Of a stretch of DNA of 64,000 bases, positions 1 through 13,354 are shown piece after piece (within the stretch, counting starts at the first letter, position 1; every line of letters starts with the position of its first letter). Origin of the DNA: Eledone cirrhosa (taxonomy: Eukaryota). The translations under genes and the position numbers were made by a program. A model generated the notes under the pieces. It was not told the origin of the DNA. It worked only from the letters and a program-made list of their open reading frames with translations, and made no database searches. The DNA is taken from positions 47,740,001 through 47,804,000 of the forward strand of contig OZ024746.1 in NCBI GenBank assembly GCA_964016885.1. The letters are read 5' to 3'.

Positions 1-127
1 TGTGTGTGTGGGGGGGGGGGGGGGCACAGCTCACACCTATGCAGGTTTAGCTGGCCTCCTCCAAGGTATATCTCGTTGGAGGTGTCTTGGGTAATTTAAT
101 GATAGGGACCCCCAGTCCTATCATCTC

Positions 128-247
128 ATTTCTACAGCTGAGTAAACTGGACCAACGTGAAAGGAAACAACACATCACCCGGTCCGAGAATTGAACTCAC
201 AACCTTCCGATTGCAAGCCCAATGCTCCGATCACTTAGCCATGCGCC

Positions 248-251
<4 letters not shown>
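128..251 (-). mobile_element. Second tRNA-derived SINE family (also 17840-18015 -, 35720-35935 -, 40587-40710 +)
   Basis: Head GTGAAGGCGC(A/G)TGGCT, B-box GTGAGTTC(A/G)ATTCTC, then GTCCTT..GCAAGACACTTTATTTCACGTTG. Confidence 0.75.
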
Positions 252-330
<79 letters not shown>

Positions 331-460
331 TTATATATATATATTTAAAAAAATAGAGGTGTAACACACGAGTTGTGATATATTAGTAAAAAGGAAAAGA
401 AAATGCTGACAAAATTTTCACTGGGAATAATTTTTCAGCATTTTCTTTTCCTTTTTACTA

Positions 461-496
<36 letters not shown>

Positions 497-845
497 CTGT
501 CTCTCTATTAATCAAGCCATCTATTTGTCTGTCAGTGTATCTATTAGGCAAACTGTTAGATAAAGAGCTAGCTAACTAGCTAGATAGATAGACAAATGCA
601 ACAAACATACTTTATTTTAAATCTTTATTGAGATAACGTTCAATTCTTTTATTTATTTACATAATTACTAATATGGAATGAAAAATTAAAGAAAACTGAA
701 TAACAACCACTTTCACATAGAAATAGAATATATATTTAGATTTGTATTTAAACATACAAATCTAAATATATATCAGAATACAAATCAGAGCACTTTGGCA
801 TGGTTTTCTTATTTTATCATTAAGAAAAAGTAAAATATATATATA

Positions 846-1090
846 TATAAAGAAAAAAAGATGAAATCGAAAATGCAACTGGAGTCTTATTTTTAGAAAA
901 ATATATATATTTATTTGGTTCCTTTACCGGTTTCGCAGTTTTTTCTGCTTAATAAATATATATATTTTTCTAAAAATAAGACTCTAGTTGCATTTTCGAT
1001 TTCATCTTTTTTTCTTTATACTTTTACTCGTGTAGGACACCTCGGTTATTTTTCATTTTGTAAAAAAAAACCTCACTTTCTAATATACAT
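846..1090. repeat. Inverted repeat (846-915 / 951-1020) of a family also present at 21470-21670
   Basis: Arms differ by one base. The spacer holds a truncated hammerhead 3' half on the - strand (GCAG...CTGC GAAA CCGG TA AAGGAA). Confidence 0.75.
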
Positions 1091-1198
1091 ATATATATAT
1101 ATATACATACTCAAATTTATATATATATATATATAAAATATTAAAAAAATAATGAATAAAACAATGAAACAGTTCCTTATATTAAACAAAAAAAGTTC

Positions 1199-1345
1199 AT
1201 TATTTAACGATCGTTTCTAGGACATATATGTGTTAGAATTGGTATGCATATTCAACAGATCTATGTACAAAATTATACAAAATTATACAAATTATCAAAT
1301 ATAATATACATACCAACACATACATATGCCGTCTTCAGAAATAAT
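1199..1345 (-). ncRNA. Type I hammerhead motif (mirror copy of 1368-1514)
   Basis: Reverse-complement arm of the 1133-1580 inverted repeat. Confidence 0.65.
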
Positions 1346-1367
1346 AATATTATTCAGAAATAATAAT

Positions 1368-1514
1368 ATTATTTCTGAAGACGGCATATGTATGTGTTGG
1401 TATGTATATTATATTTGATAATTTGTATAATTTTGTATAATTTTGTACATAGATCTGTTGAATATGCATACCAATTCTAACACATATATGTCCTAGAAAC
1501 GATCGTTAAATAAT
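1368..1514 (+). ncRNA. Type I hammerhead ribozyme motif with very long stem II
   Basis: ATTATTT-CTGAAGA-[~114 nt hairpin]-GAAA-CGATCG-TT-AAATAAT: 7-bp stem I and palindromic stem III ACGATCGT. Confidence 0.65.
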
Positions 1515-2076
1515 GAACTTTTTTTGTTTAATATAAGGAACTGTTTCATTGTTTTATTCATTATTTTTTTAATATTTTATCTTGACTCTGTATTCCGTTT
1601 ATCTTTCACCGAAAGTGATTTTTGAATGCATCTCTTCTTTCCATGATATCCGGATTACATTGAGTTCTTCATACGGATTGGACACTACCGTAAACTCTTG
1701 GTAGATTTATCTACATATATATATATATATAAGTTTGAGTATGTGTTGGTTGGTATATGTATATATATATATATATATATAGACAGACAGTCACACACAC
1801 ACATATTTATATATATATAGAAAAATTTCATTATAGCGAAATTCACGGGGTATAAAAAAATCGCTGTAACGAAAAATTCGTTATTACGAGATCGACCGAA
1901 ACAAATCGAGCGTTTGTTTATTATTAGCTCGTATTTAAAAATTAAACAATAAATGAATGAAAACATATTTCTTCTTCTTGCCGATAAAACTCAGTACTGG
2001 TCAGCCGATTCAATCACCTCTAATATCTATCTCGCCTTGCTTCTATAAATTTGTGATGTGAATGTGAGTCGAATGA

Positions 2077-2489
2077 TGGCAGTATCGGTAGAGGGTCGGA
2101 CGCCATGCTTTGACGCATAGAGTTACGGCTGTTGCCATTCTGAGTTCAAATCCCGCCGAGGTTAACTTTGCCTTTCATCCTTACGGGGTCGATAGAATAA
2201 AGTACCAGTAATATACTGGGTATTTGCTGGCCTTGTGCCAATAGTAGAAACAATTATTATTAAGGGCGGTGGATTGGCAGTATCGGTAGAGTGTCAGTCA
2301 CCATACTTTGCAGTATAGAGTTATGGTCCTTTACGTTCTGAGTTCAAATCCTGCCGAGGTTAACTTTGCCTTCCATCCTTACGGAGTCAATAAAATAAAG
2401 TACCAGTAATGCTCTGGGGTCAATTTAATCTACTTTTCCCTCCACTTGAAATTGCTGGCCTTGTACCTAAAATAGAAACAATTATTACT
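2077..2489 (+). mobile_element. Two tandem tRNA-derived Nin-domain SINEs (dominant family)
   Basis: A-box TGGCAGTATCGG, B-box GAGTTCAAATCC, central GCCTTTCATCCTTACGGGGTCGATAAAATAAAGTACCAG, tail GAAACAATTATTATT. A partial copy is at 4298-4432. Confidence 0.85.
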
Positions 2490-3084
2490 AAAATAGAATT
2501 TTCCCTCAAGCCAAGCCTTAATCAATTTCTTCAAGTACCACTTGAAGAGGAAGGTGTAGGTTGAGAATGAAGCGCCGCGCTCCAGTAAATTTTTGAAAGG
2601 TTGTTGATATTGTTTAGCCTCAGATAAAACCTGATCCTAAGATTAAAGATATTCTAGGCGTGATCATCCCGTCTTTTTAAGCGTATCTAGGATTACATTA
2701 TCTAATCTAAATTAAGATGGATGTGTATGATTTGAGAGAACTTGGCTATTTCAGAGATGTCAAAAGTAGAGGCTCATTCGTTGAACCGTTTATGAGAGTA
2801 GTTAAAGGGGCCTAAACTAAAGTAAGTTACTACAGGCGGGTGGGAAAAATTGGGTGATGTTACTTGCTTTTCATGTATAAAGATAATCCAAGGTCGTGGG
2901 TGTGATGTTCCTAATAATCCTATGGTTTTCCCCCTTTAGTTATAGATTCTTTCTTATTTACTTCTATACTGCTATTGTATGTATTGACCTGTAATATAGA
3001 CGCGCCAGTCTGACACATGACCTGTCTTGGGCCATTTAAACCGAGTCGAGCCCATTCCCTCTCCATGGCTGAACACCAAGCCGG

Positions 3085-3294
3085 TGAGAAGAGAGGGAAA
3101 GAGAGAAATAGAGAGAGAGAGAAAGAAAGAGAAAGAGAGAGAGAGAAGAAAGTGAGAGAAAGAGAGAGTGAGAGAGAGAGGAAAGAAAGAGAAAGAGAGA
3201 GAGAGAAAGAAAGAGCGAGAGAAGAAAGAAAGTGAGAGAAAGAGAGAGTGAGAGAGAGAGGAAAGAGAGAGAGTGAGTGAGAGAGAGAGCGAGC

Positions 3295-3360
<66 letters not shown>
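3085..3360. repeat. (GA)n microsatellite; many further (CA)n, (TA)n, (TATC)n, (TATG)n, (AAT)n tracts across the window
   Basis: Directly visible, e.g. 18466-18960, 21360-22610, 27838-28140, 30372-30440, 50478-50886, 54868-54964. Confidence 0.95.
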
Positions 3361-3362
<2 letters not shown>

Positions 3363-3468
3363 ATGCGATTGAAATGAAGTGATAAAGAGATATAGAGAAA
3401 CAATCGACCCCAGTACTGCACTGATATTTTTTTTATATCGACCTCGAAAAAATGAAAGTTGACCTCAT

Positions 3469-4056
3469 TAGTATTAATAATATTACTAATATCAATAATG
3501 ACAATACTTATATATGGCTTGGAACTGCAGGGTTCCCTTCCCAGCTCGAGCCGGTGGGGATGGACCGAGGGTACGGCAAAGGCCAGACGGCATGACCATC
3601 TTCCCGTTCCGCGGTGGCAAACCCCTCGTCTGGGATGCCACTTGCACCGACACTTCTGCAGCTGCAACCTGGTGCAGTCTGCGACTAACCCAGGTTCTGC
3701 TACACTTCGGGCTGAGGAGGGCAAACTCTTTAAGTATCAGTTGCTTTCTGACAGGTTTGCAGTTGTACCCTTGGCAGTGGAAACTTCTGGAGTCCTCAGC
3801 CCTAGGGCTACCTCCCTACTCACCACAAAAGGCGCTGAGCTGGCTAGACGCAGGTGTGAGCCCCGCGAATTGGAGTGGCTTTTCCAGCGCGTCTCCCTTG
3901 CCGTCCTCCAGGGAAATGCCTTCTCCATTCTGTCCGCCGGGGCTGTGGGGAGACAAGCCGATCAAATTACCAATTTATTACATTAGTGTGGTTCTTTTTT
4001 ATACTTTGCATTATTACAATTATTAAGATATAATTATTGTCATTATTATTATTAGC
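3469..4056 (+). mobile_element. CRE-clade non-LTR retrotransposon 3' fragment (RLE domain) inserted in a SINE
   Basis: RPDGMTIFPFRGGKPLVWDATCTDT / AEEGKLFKY..VPLAVETSG..LFQRVSLAVLQGNA across a frameshift. TGACCTCAT is duplicated at 3460 and 4057. Confidence 0.8.
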
Positions 4057-4445
4057 TGACCTCATAGGGATTTGATCTCAGAGAGTGCAGAGAGCCGGAA
4101 CGAATATCTCAAAGCATTTTATTAGCTGTGTTTTTATAGCTTTACTGTTGTCTTGATTATATTGTGGATCCAACACCTTTACTTGATGTAAATTCCGGTT
4201 TCATAGTTTATAAAAGAATTTCCTCTGTGTATTGTTTTAAGCGTCTTGGACCCTCGTGGCTAACTGAAAGAATTTCTTAATATTATTATCATTCACACGT
4301 CCCTTTACGATCAGAGTTCAAATCCCGCCGAGGTTGACTTTGCCTTTCATCCTTACGGGGTCGATAAAATAAAGTACCAGTAATGCACTGGATAATTGCT
4401 GGCCTTGTGCCTAAAGTAGAAACAATTATTATCATTCACCTCGCC

Positions 4446-4537
<92 letters not shown>

Positions 4538-4542
<5 letters not shown>

Positions 4543-5380
4543 CATAAAACATGTCTATAGAATCACAAGATAAAATATATACTATTTCCTCTCCCAATTA
4601 GCATAATTAACTATATAGCTCTGATTGTTTAATTTATTAATTTTTCATTGAGCCAAAAAGTGACCAGTTGCAAAACACGTATATGTATGTGTATGTATAT
4701 ATATATGTAAACTTTTATATGTAATAATCTCCCACTAGGTTGAGATACAAATTTGGCTGTATTGTGCTGTGCTTTCTAGCAAAAATGCCACCAGTCGTAA
4801 GCAACTACCACACCCCTTCCAACTTGACCGCGACTACGTCACGATTTTTAGCCATTTTGAAATGAATTCTTGGCGCGATCGTTTTGGAAAATTTAATGTC
4901 TAGATATGAGCGAGCTTCCTGAAGAATCCGGCGCTCGAGTTTATATAATTATTACATAATTATTGGATAACTCAAAACACGGACGAAACCATGGTAGAGT
5001 TATTTAAATGTATTCTATTTTCTCCTAGTTTATTTTAAACCTAATTCTGCTTAGTTGACTGTATCTAGGCGATTACGCTGTCGAAATATTCGATAAATAT
5101 TCCACTACAGCCGACGCGAAGCGCTAGTTTTGGTTATTTGTTGGAGATTCCTTCATAGAAGCCTCATTCGTATAGCCTGGTCTATTCGATTTTTTATATA
5201 GTTAATTATGCTAATTGGGAGAGGAAATAGTATATATTTTATCTTGTGATTCTATAGACATGTTTTATGATATATAGTTCTGATTGTTTAATTTATTAAT
5301 TTTTCATTGAGCCAAAAAGTGACCAGTTGCAAAACACGTATATGTATGTGTATGTATATATATATGTAAACTTTTATATA
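4538..5380. mobile_element. Non-autonomous Penelope-like element with inverted and direct terminal repeats
   Basis: ~4538-4618 is inverted at ~5195-5275, and ~4621-4720 is repeated directly at ~5280-5380. A hammerhead motif lies inside. Confidence 0.6.
4913..5001 (+). ncRNA. Type I hammerhead motif with extended stem II
   Basis: AGCTTC-CTGAAGA-ATCCG...CGGAC-GAAA-CCATGG-TA-GAGTT: palindromic stem III ACCATGGT, imperfect stem I. Confidence 0.6.
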
Positions 5381-5498
5381 TATATATATATATATTAATA
5401 TATATGTGTGTGTGTGTTTATCCCGGGTTCAATCGGGGGTAACCACAGTAAGTAAGGTACTCAATACATAGAAGAGTGTATATATTTAATATAGAAAT

Positions 5499-5550
5499 GG
5501 CTTCTACAGGACTAAAACTGTTTCATTCGGGAGAAATCATCAGGAAAGCC
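5499..5550 (-). ncRNA. Type I hammerhead motif (same family as 53827-53932)
   Basis: GGCTTTC-CTGATGA-TTTC TCCC GAAT-GAAA-CAG ttttagtc CTG-TA-GAAGCC. Flank 5420-5500 is homologous to 53748-53825. Confidence 0.6.
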
Positions 5551-6061
5551 CATATGGTTGTTGGTCGGCGAAGTGAATAACACGTCCGACTGGTAATATA
5601 TCAATGGAATTTTACATCTCGTTTGTATATTTGTTTGAAGAGGACACATAAGGCAGTTATTATATAACTGCCTTACAGAAGGGAATAACTGCCTAGGAGA
5701 AGTAAAACTCTGATATAACACCTGCAACCCTGATGGTATCCAATGATGTTGACTTGTTCTTCTTTTTAGTAAATATCATCTTGGTTAAGAGAGTGGGACT
5801 GGCTTTGTGCAGTGCCTTTGCTCACTATAAAAGCTTCACGGCACAGGCATTACTTTATATCTGGAGATCTCTCTGCACTTGTCCTCACATGGTACCATGG
5901 GCCCAGCACTATGTGTCAATAATTGTCACAAGTGTAGTGTTTTTACCAGAGTTTTCAAGTCGCTGGCTGGACTAAAAAGTCACACTCGTTCAGCGCACCG
6001 GTAGGCGTTCTCCTACATGGATATAAAGTAGTGGCCGTACTCGAAAACGAGTTGGCAGCCA

Positions 6062-6099
<38 letters not shown>

Positions 6100-6169
6100 A
6101 ACAAGGAAAGGTGATTGTTGCGATCGGAACGTCATCACTGGTAATAGATACATTAGGGTTAAATAATCC

Positions 6170-6579
6170 CATCACCGCCACCGCAACTACAACCACCATC
6201 ACCACCATCGCCACCACCAACACCACTACGACTACCACCACCGCTTCCGCCACCATCCTGCCACCACCAACCACAACAACACCACCGCAACCACTGCCAC
6301 AACCACCTCTGCCGCCGGTTTATATCAATAGCTATTTCACAGTTTCAACAGGTGCCAGTGTGACACAAGTATTCACAAAACATTTCATAAGAACAACAAC
6401 ACGACCACTACCACCACCAACAACAACAACAACAACACAACAACAGCAACAACAACATCAGCACAAACAACAACAGCAACGGTATCACTACAAACGATAT
6501 CACTACAAACAACAACACCAACACCACAAACAGCAGCAACAATAACACCACAAACAACAGCAACAACAACAACAACACC

Positions 6580-6610
<31 letters not shown>

Positions 6611-6643
6611 CCAACAACAGCAACAACAACCGCCACCACCACC

Positions 6644-6675
<32 letters not shown>

Positions 6676-7212
6676 CAACAACAACGACACCACCACCAAC
6701 AACACCACAAACAGCAGCAACAACACCACCACCAACAACAACAACAACAACAAACCGCCGCCGCCGCCGCCAACAACAACACCACCACCACCACCACCAG
6801 CAGCAGCTGCTGCTCCTGCTGCTGCTGCTGCTGCTGCTGCAAAGAACTAATAACAATTTCAGAGGTAGCGGTGACAGTGGAAAACAATAGAAATATAAAG
6901 CCACCGAATGAGCCTCTACATGGTCATCAGATCTGCTAGAAATAGCAGTCATACCGCCCTAAAACCAAACCCTACCGTTTTAAATAAAAACACTTTGGAT
7001 AATATGGTTCTGACTTCCCCGAACGTTGGAAAAAGACGACGGGGTGGTCATGGCTAGAATGAACGCTTATGATCATAGATGTGCTTGATCAGAGTTGACA
7101 AGGGTTTAAATAAAAACAACAACAGCAACACCTTGAAGAAAATGGCGGGTGGGGAACAGCATCTGAAAATCTTATTATCGCTGCCACCATCGCTATTACC
7201 ACGAAAAACACC

Positions 7213-7243
<31 letters not shown>

Positions 7244-10200
7244 CCACCGCCACCCCCACCACCACCATCAGCACGACGACGACCAAGAACACGAATTCCA
7301 CTACTATAACCATCACCTTAATCATCACCACCATCAACCCCATCATCGCCAGCAACAGCAACACCATTATCACCATCTCCACCACAACCATCATCATTAT
7401 CAACCCCACCACCACCACTAACTCTACCACCACGATCACCATCCCCATCACCACTAATACCACCATCACCATCACCACCACCGCTTCCACCACCATCACC
7501 ACCACTATCAACACCACCACCATCAACACCACCACCACCACCACCATCACCGCCACCACCACCATCAACACCACCACCACCACCACCACGACCATCACCG
7601 CCGCTATCACCACCACCACCACCATCACCACCACATCATCACCGCCGCCACCACCATCACTACCATTATCAACACCGCCACCATCAACACCACCACCAAC
7701 ACCACCACCACCACCACCACCACTACCATCACCACCACTATCACCACCGCCGCCACCACCATCAACAGCACCAGCACCAGCACCACCAACACCACCAGCA
7801 CTAGCACCACAACCATCACCACCGCCGCCACTACCACCATCACCACCGCCGCCACCACCACCATCACCACCGCCGCCATCACCACCACCACCACCACTAT
7901 CACCATCACCACCACTATGACCACCACCATCACCACTACTATCACCATCACCACCACAATGACCACACCAACACCATCACCACCACCAACACCACCATCA
8001 CCACCACCACCACTATCACCATCACCACCACTATGACCACCACCAACACCATCACCACCACCACCACTATCACCATCACCACCACTATGACCACCACCAT
8101 CACCATCACCACCACCACCACTATCACCATCACCACCACTATGGCCACCACCACCACCATCACCACCACCACCACTATCACCATCACCACCACTATGACC
8201 ACCACCACCACCATCACCACCACCACCACTATCACCATCACCACCACAATGACCACCACCAACACCATCACCACCACCAACACCATCACCACCACCACCA
8301 CTATCACCATCACCACCACTATGACCACCACCACCATCACCACCACCACCACTATCACCATCACCACCACTATGACCACCACCAACACCATCACCACCAC
8401 CACCACTATCACCATCACCACCACAATGACCACCACCAACACCATCACCACCACCAACACCATCACCACCACTATCACCATCACCACCACAATGACCACC
8501 ACCAACACCATCACCACCACCACCACTATCACCATCACCACCACTATGACCACCACCAACACCATCACCACCACCACCACTATCACCATCACCACTACTA
8601 TGACCACACCAACACCATCACCACCACCAACACCAACACCACCATAACCACCACTATCACCATCACCACCACTATGACCACCACCACCACCATCACCACC
8701 ACCACCACTATCACCATCACCACCACCACCACTATCACCATCACCACCACTATGACCACCACCACCACTATCACCATCACCACCACTATGACCACCACCA
8801 CCACCACCATCACCACCACCACCACTATCACCATCACCACCACTATGACCACCACCAACACCATCACCAACACCAACACCACCATCACCACCACTATCAC
8901 CATCACCACCACTATGACCACCACCACCACCATCACCACCACCACCACCATCACCACCACCATCACCACCACTATGACCACCACCAACACCATCACCACC
9001 ACCACCACCATCACCACCATCACCACCACCATCACCACCACCACCACCACTATCACCATCACCACCACCATCACCACCACCACCACCATCACCACCATCA
9101 CCACCACCACCACCACCACCACCACCACCACCATCACCACCATCACCACCACCATCACCACCACCACCACTATCACCATCACCACCACTATGACCACCAC
9201 CACCACCATCACCACCACCACCACCACCACCACCACCACCATCACCACCACCACCACTATCACCATCACCACCACTATGACCACCACCAACACCACCACT
9301 ATGACCACCACCAACTCCATCATCACCACCATCACCACCACCACCACCACCACCACCATCACCACCATCAACACCACCACCACCATCCCCTCCAACACCA
9401 CCACCACCACCACCATCAACATCATGATCGTCGCCGTCAACAGAAACATTACTAGCAACAACAACAACAACAATATCAACAACATTAACAAAAGCAGCTG
9501 CAACGACGACAACAACAACAACAACAATATCACATGTAACAACAACAACAACAACAACAATATAACATGTAACAACAACAACAACAACAATATAACATGT
9601 AACAACAGCAGCAGTTATGCTACCGTTAAACTTTGGGAAAGTAGGAAAAACAACAGCAGCAGCAACAGCAGCAGCAGTAACAACAGGAGCAACACTATCT
9701 GCAGCACTAACAGCAACAACAACACTACTAGAATAAGCAGGAGCACATCAACACCACCACCACCACCACTATCACCGTCTCCAACACCACCACCACCACC
9801 ACCACTATCACCGTCTCCAACACCACCACCACCACCATTATCATCATCATAACCAACATCACCAACAACAGCAGCACCAACACCACCACCATCATAATCA
9901 CCATCATAATCATCATCATCATCCTTTTCATCACCAACAACAACAACAGCAGCAGCACCATCACCAACAGCAGCAGCAGCAGCAGCACCACCACCACCAC
10001 CACCACCATCACCATCATCATCATCATCATCATAAGCATCATAATCAGAATCAACAACACCATCCTTTTTTTTCATCAGCAACAACAGCAACATCAGAAT
10101 CAGCAGCAGTGCAACGGTGCCGGACGTATCGACATCAGCAGCAAGAACAGCAGCAAAATTAAAACATAATCATCATGAGCAGCAGCAATAAGAGATGTAT

Positions 10201-10330
10201 CAGCAGGAACCACACCAGTAATACCAGCAACAACAGCAGCAACAACAACAGCAGCAGCAGCAGCAATATTAGCAACAGTAGCGGTGAGAGCAGCAGCAAT
10301 AGCAGCAGTAACATTAATAACAGCAGCAGT
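6170..10330. repeat. Large (ACC/ATC/AAC/AGC)n low-complexity block with a ~48-nt higher-order unit at ~7960-9300
   Basis: Unit ACCACCACTATCACCATCACCACCACTATGACCACCACCAACACCATC, iterated with variants; interrupted by a dispersed repeat at ~6885-7110. Confidence 0.95.
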
Positions 10331-10606
10331 TAAAACTAACTGAAAAAATAACTGCTAACGTTGCAGACAAAAATTAGTTTTAAAAATTCTTCAGCTTAGA
10401 TCTGACTGGACTGTTCCTTTACTCTCACCTCTTCGATGAAAACTTGCCTCTCCGTGTAAAATCGAACACATTTCTTGTGCAATACTTGCATTTGCTGCAA
10501 ACTGTGCAATTTGACGCACATATCAGAACTCAGAAACAACTCTAAAACAAATTATTTCTTTTCTATTTTTCGCGCGGTATTTGACACCTTTTTCTTCTCA
10601 TTAATT

Positions 10607-10655
<49 letters not shown>

Positions 10656-11048
10656 TCTTTCGCCCACTTTCTCTCTCTCACTCTCTCTTTCGCCCACTTT
10701 CTCTCACCCACTCGCTCTCTCTATCTCTCTATCTCTCTCTGTTTCGTTTTTGTTGTGAATTATAGTAGTCGCTTTCTTTCCTTTTTATTATTATTATTTC
10801 TGGTTGCTTGTTTTTCACTTTATCCCTTATTATTTGAATTGGTGTTAAATTATATAATATAATTATAATATAATATAATATAATATAATATTATACTATA
10901 TTATATATATATATATATATATTAAAATAACAGATTAAAGTTTAATCTGTTATTTTAATAAATATTTGCTCTGCGGTTCTTATATATTTGATATATATTT
11001 ATCCTTATCGAGCCCTCTTTGGATTTTAGTCTTCAAATTTATTATTAT

Positions 11049-11101
<53 letters not shown>

Positions 11102-11473
11102 TATACATATATATACATATAAATATACACGCACAAATATATATATATATGTATATATATGTATGTAAATACATATATAGATATATTTGGAAGGTGCATA
11201 ACTTTAAAAATTATATCTTTCGCTATTTTAGCTTCTTTTCTTCATCTTTTTCCTATTTCTTCAATATTTTCTATTCTATATTTATAAGTTTTGAATTTTT
11301 AAAATATTTTTTCTCACGCTTAACACATTTATCTTTAATATTTTATATTTAATATTATATTAGTATTATTACTATTATCTTTTTAGTGATATTTTCCGTT
11401 TAATTTTACTGAAATAGTTTTTGTGTGTGTATAGCCTTATTATCGTTATTGTTATCATTGTTGTTGTTGTTGT

Positions 11474-11517
<44 letters not shown>

Positions 11518-11942
11518 TTGTAGTTAAAGTATTTCTGTTATGTTAGTGGTTGTGTAGATACATTATTAATATTCCTTAATAACATGATTGCCGATAGAGT
11601 GTAGTTGATAAAAGAGACAACAAAAAAGAGGAAATATAGGAAAGAAAGAAAGAAAATATTCTCCTTACCCCCTTTTCTTTCTTAGATGTGTTACTTTTCT
11701 CTCCCCACCCCTTATAGAACTTTCTAAATGTAGTTAAGGACTATTCAAGTAGCTTAAAGAAAATTTAATTAAAACTTAAGACGACACATTTTTGTTCTTT
11801 TTGTTGTTGAAACAACTTGTAACTGTCGTCGTTGTTGCTACTGTTCCCTTTTTATTGTTATTGTTGTTGTTGTTGTTGTTGTTGGTAGTGGTGGTGGTGG
11901 TGGTGGTGTTGTCGTTGGCGCGTTTGATTGTTTAGCTCTTAG

Positions 11943-12314
<372 letters not shown>

Positions 12315-12393
12315 TAAATTAAAACTTCTTCTTCTTCTTCTTGTTTGTTTTTTATTTGTACTTATTGTTGTTTTATTTCTATTGTACGTTTAA

Positions 12394-13045
12394 CAGTGGT
12401 TCCCAACCTAGGGTCGGTAAGAGGAGGTTCTGTAGAAGTAGTACTAGAAGTCAGTGAGCTAAATTGAAAATGTCAAGTACTTTGTTACAAACATTATACA
12501 CACATGCTCTATGTTATCCATTTTTCTCTAAGTATAAACATTTCTCTTCGATTGTTATCCTCGTTGTGTTGGCGGTGATTTGGCAGAGTTGTTAGTACGT
12601 AGTACGTCGGGTAGAATGCTTTACGGTGTTCGTTCCGAATCTCTACGCACTCAGTTCAAATCTTGCCGAGGTCAACTTGGCCTTTCATCGTTTCGAGGTC
12701 GATAAAAAAGAACTAGTCATGTACGGATGAGGGGTGGGGGTGGTTGATGTCTCCTCTTATACCTTTTATTCACTTCCTCTCTTTCACACTCTTTCTCCTT
12801 CTCTGGAAATATTTAGCTGTGTTCAGACCTGGAGAGAGGTGGGCTCCAGTAGCTTTAAAATGTCCTCGTATTTCAATATGTCCCCTCCCCAACGATCCCA
12901 CCAGGAGTTATGGATCCATATATATATATATATATATATGTATATTCTCGTTTTATAACAATATAAAAAGAAAGTAATTGCAGTGGTGTTCTGTGATAAC
13001 ATTATTTAAAAGGGTTCTTGGTTGTGAAAAGGTTGGGAACCACTG
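12394..13045. mobile_element. hAT-type MITE with nested SINE
   Basis: Perfect 15-bp TIRs CAGTGGTTCCCAACC / GGTTGGGAACCACTG; no clean TSD. Confidence 0.7.
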
Positions 13046-13354
13046 ATTTAGATGATATCTCTCTTTCTTCTTGTTTTTCTTTTTGAAGCACACGGTTTCA
13101 GGTTAAACTGGTACACATAAAACTAGAAGCTGACAAAGGGCAAAGAAATTCATTTTTTAATTATTAGACAAACACAGTATACGAAAGTCACCGAACTTTA
13201 TTATCTCCGACCACTACCTACTCACTCAAAGAGATAAGTTTGCAACTGAGAAACCGAAAGTTATCATACAGAATGCACACAATTAGTTAATTAGTGATTA
13301 AGATGGTAGTGATTTGGTAATCATACCTCTGTATCAAATTCATAAAATGAAGTA

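Larger units (their letters stand above)
1133..1580. repeat. Near-perfect inverted repeat (~218-nt arms), Penelope-like terminal structure
   Basis: 1133-1350 is the reverse complement of 1363-1580; each arm carries a hammerhead motif. Confidence 0.9.

Noticed and set aside
380-464. AT-rich hairpin as terminator or miRNA
   Set aside because: Looks like a short fold-back scar of a repeat; no further support.
2077-2160. tRNA genes suggested by A/B boxes
   Set aside because: They are SINE heads followed by SINE body; no cloverleaf.
7960-9300. CRISPR-like periodicity
   Set aside because: No unique spacers or cas genes; it is a eukaryotic minisatellite.
7089-10094. Long Thr-rich and Val-rich ORFs (mucin-like)
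   Set aside because: Open frames on both strands follow from stop-free trinucleotide repeats; no signal peptide, domain or splice support.
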